NCBI GenBank assembly: GCA_963702475.1
Contig: CAVPCT010000005.1
Coordinates: 576,001-640,000 of the forward strand
DNA length: 64,000 nucleotides
Reading direction: 5' to 3'
From: an uncultured Thermoleophilia bacterium
GTDB lineage: Bacteria > Actinomycetota > Thermoleophilia > UBA2241
Below are positions 48,124-56,926 of the stretch, piece after piece. The stretch's first letter is position 1; every line of letters starts with the position of its first letter. The notes beneath the pieces were generated by a model. The model did no database searches. It was not told the origin of the DNA and saw only the letters and a program-made list of their open reading frames with translations. The translations under genes were made by a program, and so were the position numbers.

Positions 48124-49610
48124 ATGCCCATGGACGTGCTGCTCGACACGAACATCCTGATCCCGGCGGAGCCAACCTCGCCGAGTGACATCGGAGCCGA
48201 CGACACCCTGTGGTGGCGGAGCTCTTGCGCCTCATAGGAGACCGGGGGCAAGGTGCTGATCCACCCGGATGCCTTTCGGGAGAGTCGAGCACGATACCGA
48301 CCCTGGGCGGCGCGAGCTACGACGCGCATTTCTCGCGAAGTATCCACGGCTCACGTCACCTCCTGAGCTTGACGGCACAGCTCGCCGACCGCTTCGGCTC
48401 TCCAAATCCCGGATCGCACGACGCCGTCGACCTACGCCTCCTGGAGGCGCTGAGGGCGCGGTCTCGCCGACATATTGGTCACGGATGACACAGCATTGCG
48501 CCGGCGAGCCAGAGCCATCGACCTCGGGGACTCCGTGCTCACTTCATCAGAGGCGCTGGAACTCATGCGTCGTCTGTACGAACCGCTGGTCATGGCGCCG
48601 CCTGCGATTAGGCATCTCACGTGCGATCAACTCGATGTCGGCCGATCCCATCCTCGACTCACTCAGCCGCGACTACGACGGGTTCGACGACTGGCTCGCC
48701 AGAGCCGCGCTCATGCGCCGTGATGCGTGGGTGGTCGTCGATGAGAGGCGGCATCTACGCGGGCCTTGGCAATCATCAATGAGGAGATCCAGGGCGAGCA
48801 TGGGCTGCTCGGCAAGCTCCTCAAGATCTGTACGTTCAAAGTGGCTGACGTCCACCGCGGAAGCCGGTACGGAGAGCTCCTCCTGAAGCCGATCCTTGAT
48901 CACGCCTTCGCGCACGGCTACGACACGGTGTTTGTCGAAGCGAAGCCAGACAACGAAGAGTTGTTTTCCTTCCTCGACACCTTCGGCTTCCATGACACGC
49001 GGCCGATTCAAGAACGGCACTGACCCCGTGTTCGCAAAGACGCTCCGCGTCCCCGATGACGGGGCATCTGGTCTGAACGACCTCGAGTTTCACATCGCAT
49101 TCGGTCCGCCGACGCTCAGATGGGTCGGCGTGCCCGCGTTCATCGTCCCGATCCAACCTCGGTTTCACAGCCGCCTCTTCCCCGAGGCGGAACGCCAGCT
49201 CACGCTGTCGCCTGCTGCGGAACCTCACGCAAACGGGATCCGCAAGGCGTACCTGTCGAAAGCTGCGTCGCGCCAACTGACGCCCGGGGTCCGTGTCTGT
49301 ACTTCTACCGGTCTCAGAGCCAGGAGGTGACAGTGGTGGGTGTCGTCGAGGATGTCCATGTTCTGTCCGATGCACCGTCTATCGTCCGTGCAGCAGGAAA
49401 GAGGACGCTGTTCGCATATGAGGACATCGAGAAGCGCTCGCAGCGAAAGGTACCGACGTCCTCGTGATCGGCTTCCGCCAGGCCCGAGTCCTCGACGAAC
49501 CGATCTCATACGGCGAACTCCAGAGAGGTGGCGTTCTCAAGGGTCCGCCGCAGACCGTCACGTCCATCGAATCGGAGGCAGCGGCATGGCTGGCGCAAGA
49601 GCGCACGACT
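48124..49610 (+). CDS. PIN + GNAT acetyltransferase + ASCH/EVE-like protein (multiple frameshifts)
   Basis: VLLDTNILI, DAVDLRLL, LVTDD (PIN); LDSL..DYDGFDDW, LKICTFKV...RGSRYGELLL (GNAT); IVPIQPRFH..LFPE, IRKAYL, FYRS (PUA-like). Confidence 0.75.
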
Positions 49611-50012
49611 GTAGTCTTGCTCCCCATCAAGCCGCAGTACGCACGCCCGATCATGGACGGCACGAAAGGCGTCGAGTTCCGCAAGACGTCCTTCGCGCGT
49701 AGCCCCACCCACGTACTCGTGTACGCGAGCAGCCCCGTGAAGAGCATGCTCGGCTACTTCGAGGTCGATGACATCGTCGTCGACTCTCGTCGAGGCGCTG
49801 TGGGCCAGATACGCGGACGTCGGCGGCATCACCGAAGACGACTTCCGCGAGTACTACGCCGGCCACGAGCGCGGAGTGGCTCTCGGCGTCGGCCACGTGC
49901 ACGCCTTCGCGGACCCCCTGCCGCTCGCAGCCCTCGGGCTCACCGCCCCGCCGCAGAGCTTCATGTACATCGGCCGCCGCGTGCTGAACGACCTGCAGGA
50001 GGCACCGTGGAG
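49586..50012 (+). CDS. ASCH domain protein (frameshifted)
   Basis: LLPIKPQYA.PIMDGTKGVEFRK, VYASSPV..G.FEV, LW...GGI...F.EYY, PPQSFMY. Confidence 0.8.
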
Positions 50013-50639
50013 CAACGCGATCACCGCGGCCGAGCTCAAGGCCATCCGCGAGAAGGCCGGTCCTCACGTCGAGGACGCCGACTGGCAGACATCTGAAGAC
50101 CTCAAGCGGAAGTTCGCCGAGGCCCGGACCCGGCGAGACCCGATGTACCTCACGAGGAGCGAGTTCTTCGAGGTCGCCCACTGGAAGCTCATCGGCCAGT
50201 ACGGACGGGCAGCCCGTCACCTCGAGAAGAACACCGCCGCCGCAGATCGAGCGCGTGACGCGCGCACGCCTTCGCCTTCAGCGCGACCCCGACGATCCCG
50301 ACCTCGAGCTGGACGTGCGCCTGCAGATCCTCCGCGTGCTGCCCGGAGTCGGCATGGGCGTCGCCTCGGCCATCCTCGCCCTCTGCTCCCCCGAGAGACT
50401 ACGCGCCCATCGACTTCCGCGTCTGGCGGCAGCTGTTCGGCGAGGACCTGGCGATGTTCGAACTGCGCCGAATACCGCCGCACATGGCGCGCCTCCGCGA
50501 GCTTGTCGCCGAGCTCGGCGACATCGACCCGGAGGGCGGCTGGACGGTGCAGCTGGTCGACTACTACTGCTGGGAGCGGGACAAGGGCGAGGGCGACGTG
50601 ACGCTGCGAGCCGGCCATCGGCGGCGCCGACCCGACTAG
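50007..50639 (+). CDS. HhH-motif DNA glycosylase-like protein (frameshifted)
   Basis: YLTRSEFFEVAHWK; LRVLPGVGMGVASAILAL (HhH); PIDFRVWRQL; VDYYCW. Confidence 0.6.
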
Positions 50640-50782
50640 CCCCCAACGTAAACCACCTCTGCATTGCGTCATCCTGTTCCGCCATGCTCGGCACCCCTAC
50701 GCTGGGCTTGCCCGGCGAAGGCGTCGCGGTGGCGAGTTTCTGACGATACGCCGCACATCGCCGTGAATCACTCTGGACTACC

Positions 50783-50806
50783 GTTGGTTGACATATGTCA
50801 ACCAAC
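50783..50806. promoter_or_regulatory. Perfect 24-bp palindrome, probable TA operator
   Basis: GTTGGTTGACAT|ATGTCAACCAAC, 30 nt upstream of the toxin start. Confidence 0.7.
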
Positions 50807-50835
50807 TGGGCAGACTGGTGAAGGAGGCTGTGAGC

Positions 50836-51117
50836 TTGGCGCGGGGCAGACACCCGAACAAGCATGTCGAGGCCGCTGTCAGGTACGCAGAGAGCAGGAG
50901 CTGGAGAGTCGTGCCGGCAGGAAGAGTGCACACGCGTGGGGAGTGCTCTGCTGTCTCGCACAACAACCCCGACTGCCGTTGCGGCGAGTTCTGCAGGCTG
51001 AGCGTGGCCTCGACGCCTCGAAGCCCCGAGAACCACGCGGACATGATCCGGCGACGCGTGGATGATTGTATCGGTCCGGCGGAGCAGGAGGGTGCTTTCG
51101 ACGATGAACGACTATGA
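50836..51117 (+). CDS. HicA-like putative toxin with Cys cluster
   Basis: HPNKHVEAAVRYAE..WRV..G..H, CRCGEFC.LSV.STP..PENHA; AAGGAGG RBS. Confidence 0.6.
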   Translation: MARGRHPNKHVEAAVRYAESRSWRVVPAGRVHTRGECSAVSHNNPDCRCGEFCRLSVASTPRSPENHADMIRRRVDDCIGPAEQEGAFDDERL

Positions 51118-51633
51118 GTTCACCCTCCGCTTTGTGCTGGGCCGTCTCCCCGAGACGGACATGGACCTCAGTCGTCGATGCGCTCTACGGGCAAGGTTGC
51201 GACGATGCCCTCATGGATCGGCCGGCCCGGCCGGCTCGGTCTGGACTTCACTCGCAGTGCGGAGTCGGCGCGGGCAGCGGTCCTGAGCGCAATCTCCGAT
51301 GTTCGCAGGGCCGTCCCCGGAGCCGCGCTGGTCGAGGTGACCCCCGACTTGGTCGGCGTAGCGGACCTGGCGTTCATGTTCTCCTGCTCCCGCCAGAACA
51401 TGTGGAAGCTGATCATGGGCAACTGCTCCACAGCTCCTGCCCCCGCCCACGAAGGCAAGTCCTCGCTCTGGCATCTCGGACCACTCCTCCGCTGGCTCGC
51501 ACGCGAGAAGCGGTACTCCGTGGACCCCCGTCTGCTCGACCTGGCCGACGCGACCATGGCCGTCAACCTCGCGCTGGACTCCATCCGCGCGGACCCGGAC
51601 ACCGAACGGGAGCTGCGGAGTCTCGTCGTGTAG
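51104..51633 (+). CDS. HicB-like/AlpA-HTH putative antitoxin (frameshifted)
   Basis: YEFTLRF, GCDDAL, GRLGLDFTR.AESA..AVLSAI.DV, DLVGVADLA...SRQNM, WHL..LLRWL. Confidence 0.65.
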
Positions 51634-51812
51634 GGGGTGCTGCCTTTCCACCGGACGTGCACTGATCGCGCGGCCTGGCACACTTGACCCTGTCCGTGAG
51701 TCCGCCGGTCTTGGCCTGTCATCGGCGCGCCGTCTCCCGGCGGCCGGTCCCAGCGCTTTCGGCGCCGCGGCGCGGCAGCTACACTGGCCGCCGGGCCGAA
51801 GTGGAGGACCGG

Positions 51813-52326
51813 ATGCACAAGTCCATCGTCATCGTGGCGGCGCTCGCCGCCGCCCTGCTGCTGGCCGTCGCCTGCGGAAGCGGGAGCGACGGCACGCCGG
51901 CGCCGCAGGCACGGCCGGCGTCGGCGACACCGTGAGCGTCGCCGGAGGCTCCTCCAGCTCGAGATCACGCTCGAGGAGACCAGACGGCTGCCGGCGAGAC
52001 GGTCGGCGGCACGGAGGTCCGGCCGGCCCTGTTCGGGGTCAAGCTCGCCGTCAGGAACCTGACGGGGTCGTTCTACGACGACGCGATCTCACTCTGCGCC
52101 GTGCTCACCGACACGAGCGGCCGCACCCACAACGTCGCGTGGGAGCTCGTCGACGAGAGCGACGAGGAGTTCCGCGACGTGCTCGAGGGCGTCCGCATCC
52201 CGGCGGGCGGCGAGCGGACCGGCTGGGTCTACTTCGCGCTCGCGCCCGAGGCGCGAACCGTCAACGCTGCGCTTCACCGCCGAGGCCGGCTTCGGTCCCG
52301 AGACCGGGGTGTGGTCGCTGGAGTGA
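51813..52326 (+). CDS. Lipoprotein, DUF4352-like (frameshifted)
   Basis: Lipobox LAVAC; FGVKLAVRN, IPAGGERTGWVYF. Confidence 0.6.
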
Positions 52327-52340
52327 GACGGGCGCGCCGA

Positions 52341-52676
52341 TCACGGCGCGACGAGCCGTGCCGAACCGCGCGAGCACGGCCGCCGTCAGCTCCGCGGGCA
52401 GCGCGCACGCCAACTCCGCACCGCGCGCCCGCCAGTCCAGGCTCTTCACCTGGTCGGAGAGGACGACGCCGTCGACCGGCAGCGCCTCCGGGACTGCGAC
52501 CTCGAATGGGTATCCCTTCACCCTGCTCGTCAGTGGACAGAGCAGCGCGAGCCCGACCTGCCGTTGTACGCCGCCGGCGAGACGACGAGCCAGGGCCGGC
52601 GGCCTGACTGCTCGTGTCCCGCCACCTCCGGCGTGGCCAGCCAGACGACGTCGCCGCGTTCGGGCACGTACCCCAC
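52341..52676 (-). CDS. mazF: MazF/PemK endoribonuclease toxin (frameshifted)
   Basis: YVPERGDVVW, GHEQSGRRP.LVVSP..YN, KGYPFEV, LSDQVKSLDWRAR. Confidence 0.85.
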
Positions 52677-52677
52677 C

Positions 52678-52920
52678 TCACCAGACCTCGCTGCCGGCCG
52701 CCTGGCCGGCGTCGGTCTCTGCGTGCAGGTTGCCAGGCGTCACGCCTGCCAGCAGGTCCGCCAGCGTCGGTGCCGGGGCGAGGCAGGCTCGAGCCACGAG
52801 CTTGCCGTCGCAGACCCGCAGGTCGACCGCCGAATCCACCACCAGTCCCATCTCCTCCGCAAAGACCTTCGGGATCCTGACCGCGAGGCTGTTGCCCCAG
52901 CGCTGGACCTTGGTTCTCAT
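52678..52920 (-). CDS. mazE: MazE (AbrB-type) antitoxin
   Basis: KVQRWGNSLAVRIP...TLADLL..VT..NLH.E...G.EVW. Confidence 0.92.
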   Translation of the reverse strand: MRTKVQRWGNSLAVRIPKVFAEEMGLVVDSAVDLRVCDGKLVARACLAPAPTLADLLAGVTPGNLHAETDAGQAAGSEVW

Positions 52921-52928
52921 ATGACATC

Positions 52929-52963
52929 CTCCCGTTGTCTCGACATTGAGGATACAACGGGAG
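52929..52963. promoter_or_regulatory. Inverted repeat over the mazE RBS/promoter
   Basis: CTCCCGTTGT-N15-ACAACGGGAG; one arm contains the minus-strand RBS. Confidence 0.55.
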
Positions 52964-53092
52964 TCCGAGAGCACTGAAACGATGGTAGGGGCGACCTGCT
53001 CCCCGGCGGGAGAGTGACAATGGCGGGCACGACGCCGGCGGTGCGGTCGACGTTGCAGTCGACTCCCTGCGCCTCTGCGGGAGGAGGAGGCC

Positions 53093-53330
53093 GTGAAGTA
53101 CATCATCGCCGTGATCCAGCCCGACAAGCTCGGGGACGTGCTCGAGCAGCTGGAGGAACGGGAGGTCCACGTGGTCACCGTTTCGGACATGATGGGACGC
53201 GAGCGGCAGCGGGCGTCGCCGAGATCTACCGCGGTCACGTGGAGCCGGCGCTCGGGGCCTTCATCCTGGACCTCGAGCAGTGCCCGCGCATCCGCACCGG
53301 TGAGACAGCGAGCGTGGCGATCGGGCAGCG
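53093..53330 (+). pseudogene. P-II nitrogen regulator remnant
   Basis: MKYIIAVIQPDKL..., G...EIYRG, RIRTGE. The central part including the B-loop is missing; frameshifted. Confidence 0.75.
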
Positions 53331-53514
53331 GAGCGCAGCCGGCCGAGTGGCCGGAGCCTCGAGCGACCGGCCGGGGTCGCCTCGAACGACGAGGCGACCC
53401 CGGCCGGTCTAGCTGGCCATGAGCGCACGCGGCCACGCGGCTCACTGGCATGCGGCCGCCAGTTGACACCGCGGCGCCACACCGGAAGAGTCGGCAGGCC
53501 ATGAGGAGCCGCCC

Positions 53515-54489
53515 GTGATCACCGTCGTCCTGAGCCTGACCGCCGCCGTCGGCTGGGCGTTCCACGACTTCCTCGTCCAGCCGGTGACGCGCAAGGCAGG
53601 CGCGTTCACGGCGATGTTCTGGGTGCTGGCCGCCAGCACGGTCATCCTGATGGCGTTCTCCCTGGCGCTCGGCGGCGTGCCCTCGGGCGGCGCCGAGTGG
53701 AGGGCCGTGGGCATCGCCGCCGTGGGCGGCGTGCTGTACGTGGTGGCCGTAGCCGTGCTGCTGCACGGCCTGCAGGTCGGCAACCTCTCGGTGGTCACGC
53801 CGCTCTGCTCGCTGATGGGCGGCGTGACGGCGCTCGCCGCCGTCCTGCTGGGCGAGCGCGTGGGCACGCTCAGCGCCGTGGCGCTGCCCCTGGCCGTGGC
53901 GGGCGTGCTGCTCACGTCCATCGTGACGCCCGAGGAAGAGGCCGTGGAAGAAGTGGCGCGGACCGGGCGGGCCGGTGGTGCCGAGCCGGCGCAGGGCGAG
54001 CCGGCCGCGGGCGGGGCGGCGGCGAGCACGTCGGCTGAAGCGGCGCCCGGCGCAGCCGGCGCGCCGCGCCGGCTCCGCGCGACCGCCGGCGCCGGCTGGG
54101 GCCTGCTGGCCGCCGTGCTGTTCGGCGCGACCTTCCTCATCTACGGCTACGCCGACGGCATCCCGGCCGTGTCGGCGGCGGCGTGGGGCCGGCTCACCGG
54201 CATGGCCGTGTTCCTGCCGTTCGCGCTGCTGCGGGTGCCGCTCAGGATGCAGCCGCGGCTGTACGTGAGCACCACCGTCGCGGCCTGCCTGGACAGCGTG
54301 GCGTACACGGCCATCGCCGCGGCGCTGGTGATCGGCCCGATCTCGGTGGCCTCGGTGCTCAGCGCGCAGTTCGCCACCATCGCGCTCCTGCTCGGCGTCG
54401 TCGTGCGGCACGAGCGGCTCGCCAAGCACCAGATCGCCGGGCTGGTCTGCACGATCACCGCAGTCACGCTGTTCGCCTTCGCCGCCTGA
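53515..54489 (+). CDS. DMT/EamA transporter
   Basis: About 10 TMs; GNLSVVTPL, GPISVASVL, HERL...Q.AG. Confidence 0.85.
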   Translation: MITVVLSLTAAVGWAFHDFLVQPVTRKAGAFTAMFWVLAASTVILMAFSLALGGVPSGGAEWRAVGIAAVGGVLYVVAVAVLLHGLQVGNLSVVTPLCSLMGGVTALAAVLLGERVGTLSAVALPLAVAGVLLTSIVTPEEEAVEEVARTGRAGGAEPAQGEPAAGGAAASTSAEAAPGAAGAPRRLRATAGAGWGLLAAVLFGATFLIYGYADGIPAVSAAAWGRLTGMAVFLPFALLRVPLRMQPRLYVSTTVAACLDSVAYTAIAAALVIGPISVASVLSAQFATIALLLGVVVRHERLAKHQIAGLVCTITAVTLFAFAA

Positions 54490-54573
54490 CGGGCCCCGCG
54501 CCCGCGTCCGGCCCGGCCCGAGGGGCGGCGGCGCGGTCGCCCCGCATCCGCCGCCGCCCGTGCGGTCCACGCG

Positions 54574-56079
54574 CTACTTCACCTTGCTGATGTCGATGTT
54601 GAGCTGCTTGACCTCGGTGAGCTCGTCGAAGCACCAGTCGCTCAGCTCGCGGCCCAGCCCGCTCTTCTTGACGCCGCCGAACGGCGAGAGCTGGTCCCAG
54701 CAGTTGTTGGTCTCGTTGATGAGCACCGTGCCGCACTCGATGCCCTCGCCGAGCAGGAAGGCGGTGCGCAGGCTGCTGGTGAACGCCGCACCCTGCAACC
54801 CGTACGGGGTCTCGTTGGCGATGCGCAGGCACTCGTCCAGGTCCTTGAAGGTCATGATGGGCGCGACCGGACCGAAGGTCTCGTCGCGCGCCATGAGGAA
54901 GTCCGAGGTGACGCCGTCCACCACCGTCACGTCCGCGTACATGCCGTCGATGCTCCCGCCCATGAGGAACGCGCCGCCGCGCTCGCGGGCGTCGTCGAGG
55001 TGCGCCTTGACCTTGGCGACGTTGCCGAAGTTGTTGAGCGGGCCCATGTCGGTGCCCTCGTCCAGCGGGTTGCCGACCTTGACCCGGGCGGCCCGCGCCA
55101 GCAGCTTCTCCACGTACTCGTCGTGCACGGCCTCGTGGACGAGGATGCGCTCCGAGGCCGTGCACACCTGTCCGGCCAGGTAGAAGCAGCCGGTGATGGT
55201 CGCCTCCACGGCCTCCTCGATGTTGGCGTCGTCCATGACCACCAACGGTCCGTTGCCGCCGAGCTCCAGCATCAGCCGCTTGATGCCGGCGATGCGCGTG
55301 AGGCGCTCGCCGGTCACGGTCTCGCCGGTGAAGTGGATGGCGCTCGTGCCGGGGTTGCTCACGAGCTCCTCGCCCACCACCGGTCCGGGGCCCGTGACCA
55401 CGTTGACGGCGCCGGCCGGGAACCCGGCCTCCTCGCAGATCTCGGCGAGCATGAGGGCGCTGAACGGAGTCGTGCTCGCCGGCTTGAGCACGATGGCGTT
55501 GCCGGCCGCCAGCGCGTGCGTGAGGGCGATGTTGGGGATGTCGTGCGGCCAGTTCCAGGGGGAGATGATGCCGACCACGCCCATCGGCTGGCGGATGACG
55601 AGGATGCGCTTGTTCAGCGTGTCTTCCTGGATGGACGGGTTGATCCGGCCGCGGTACCGCTTGATGCCCTCGGCCGCCTCCATGAAGTGCGGGGCCGAGT
55701 AGTCCTCGATCTCGCTGCGCGCCTCGGTGATGGTCTTGCCGCACTCGCGGCAGAGCACGCGCGCGTCGTGCTCGAGGCGCCGGAAGGCGATCTCGCCGGC
55801 CTTGTGCAAGAGGCCGGCGCGCGCCGGTATGGAGAGCGCGGCCATCTCCTTCTGGGCCTTCTTCGCCGCCGCGATGGCCCGGCGCACGTCCTCCTCGGCG
55901 CCCTTGGGTACCGAGCCGATGAGGCTGCCGTCGCCCGGCGACCAGACGTCGGCTCTCTCGCCGCTCGCCGACTCGACCCACTCCCCGCCGACGTACATCT
56001 TGTAGTCCATCGGCGGGTCGGCGGGCGCCGGGTACGGCGTCGGATACGGCCCCGTGACCCTCGCGGTATCTGTCGCCAT
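54574..56079 (-). CDS. NAD(P)-dependent aldehyde dehydrogenase
   Basis: SPWNWP, FTGE, LELGGN, GQVCT, ETFGPV, PFGGVKKSG. Confidence 0.93.
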   Translation of the reverse strand: MATDTARVTGPYPTPYPAPADPPMDYKMYVGGEWVESASGERADVWSPGDGSLIGSVPKGAEEDVRRAIAAAKKAQKEMAALSIPARAGLLHKAGEIAFRRLEHDARVLCRECGKTITEARSEIEDYSAPHFMEAAEGIKRYRGRINPSIQEDTLNKRILVIRQPMGVVGIISPWNWPHDIPNIALTHALAAGNAIVLKPASTTPFSALMLAEICEEAGFPAGAVNVVTGPGPVVGEELVSNPGTSAIHFTGETVTGERLTRIAGIKRLMLELGGNGPLVVMDDANIEEAVEATITGCFYLAGQVCTASERILVHEAVHDEYVEKLLARAARVKVGNPLDEGTDMGPLNNFGNVAKVKAHLDDARERGGAFLMGGSIDGMYADVTVVDGVTSDFLMARDETFGPVAPIMTFKDLDECLRIANETPYGLQGAAFTSSLRTAFLLGEGIECGTVLINETNNCWDQLSPFGGVKKSGLGRELSDWCFDELTEVKQLNIDISKVK

Positions 56080-56148
56080 GCGTCCCGTCTCCTTCGTCTC
56101 GCGGGTCCGGACACCCGGTCGGGCGCCGGTCGGCCGCGGCGCCGTGCG

Positions 56149-56916
56149 TCACGCTCGGGCGCCGCTCGCCAGTCCTTCGCTCAGGGCGGCGCGCCTGCAC
56201 GCGTCGCACAGGTCGTACTGCTCCTTGGGCAGACCGCCCCGCGCCGCCGTCACGGCGAGCTGGGCGGTCGTCATCAGCGGCGCCCCGCAGCCGGCGCACG
56301 GGACCATCTCCAGCGTGCGTCCCCACACCGTGCGCGTGGTCGCCGTCTCCTCCATCGGGATGCACGCGGTCGGGCACGCGGCGACGCAGGAGCCGCAGCC
56401 CACGCAGCCGAGGGCCGCTGCCTGGCCGAAGGGCGCCCCAACGCGCTTGTGGTCGCCGCGGCCGAGCACCGAGAGCGCGTGGTACCCGAGCATCGCGCAG
56501 GTGCGCACGCAGAGCTCGCAGAGGACGCAGCCCGGCATGGGCGCGTCCGTCACCGGCGGGAACAGCGGCCGGGTCACGCCGAGTCGTTCCGCCAGCAGGC
56601 GCAGCGCCGGCGCGTCGGGCGCGTACGGCAGCAGCAGCTGGAGGTTCATGGCGCGGTGGCGGCGGATGAGCGCGGACTCCGTGACCACCTCCAGCCCCTC
56701 TGACACCGGGTAGTCGCACGAGGTGGTGAGCGCCGGCTCGGCTTCGCCCGGCCGGCGCACCTCCGTCAGACACAAGCGGCACGCCGCGGTGGGCGCGACG
56801 GCCGGGTGGTGGCAGAGGCCGGGCACGTCGCGGCCGGCGGCGCGCGCGACCTCCAGGAGGCTCGCGCCCTCCGCCGCGGTCACCGCGGACCCGTCGATGG
56901 TGAGTCTCACGTCCAT
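56149..56916 (-). CDS. HydA/NuoG N-terminal-like Fe-S subunit (BfuC-type)
   Basis: VPGLC...ACRLCL...SC (2Fe-2S); CVLCELCVRTC and CVGCGSCVAACP; extra CAGC..CDAC; no catalytic domain. Confidence 0.85.
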   Translation of the reverse strand: MDVRLTIDGSAVTAAEGASLLEVARAAGRDVPGLCHHPAVAPTAACRLCLTEVRRPGEAEPALTTSCDYPVSEGLEVVTESALIRRHRAMNLQLLLPYAPDAPALRLLAERLGVTRPLFPPVTDAPMPGCVLCELCVRTCAMLGYHALSVLGRGDHKRVGAPFGQAAALGCVGCGSCVAACPTACIPMEETATTRTVWGRTLEMVPCAGCGAPLMTTAQLAVTAARGGLPKEQYDLCDACRRAALSEGLASGARA

Positions 56917-56926
56917 GGCGTCCCCC

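Larger units (their letters stand above)
40300..53400. mobile_element. Accessory/defence island (boundaries approximate)
   Basis: Lower GC and atypical codons over much of the span; TA modules, SNF2 fragment, ASCH/PIN genes, dense frameshifts. No integrase or att site seen. Confidence 0.6.

Noticed and set aside
49950-50060. Apparent ASCH-HhH fusion in one ORF (49768-50601)
   Set aside because: GGAGG-CACC-GTG(G)AGC: removing one G gives a TGA stop overlapping a GTG start with a good RBS, so the fusion is probably an indel artefact.
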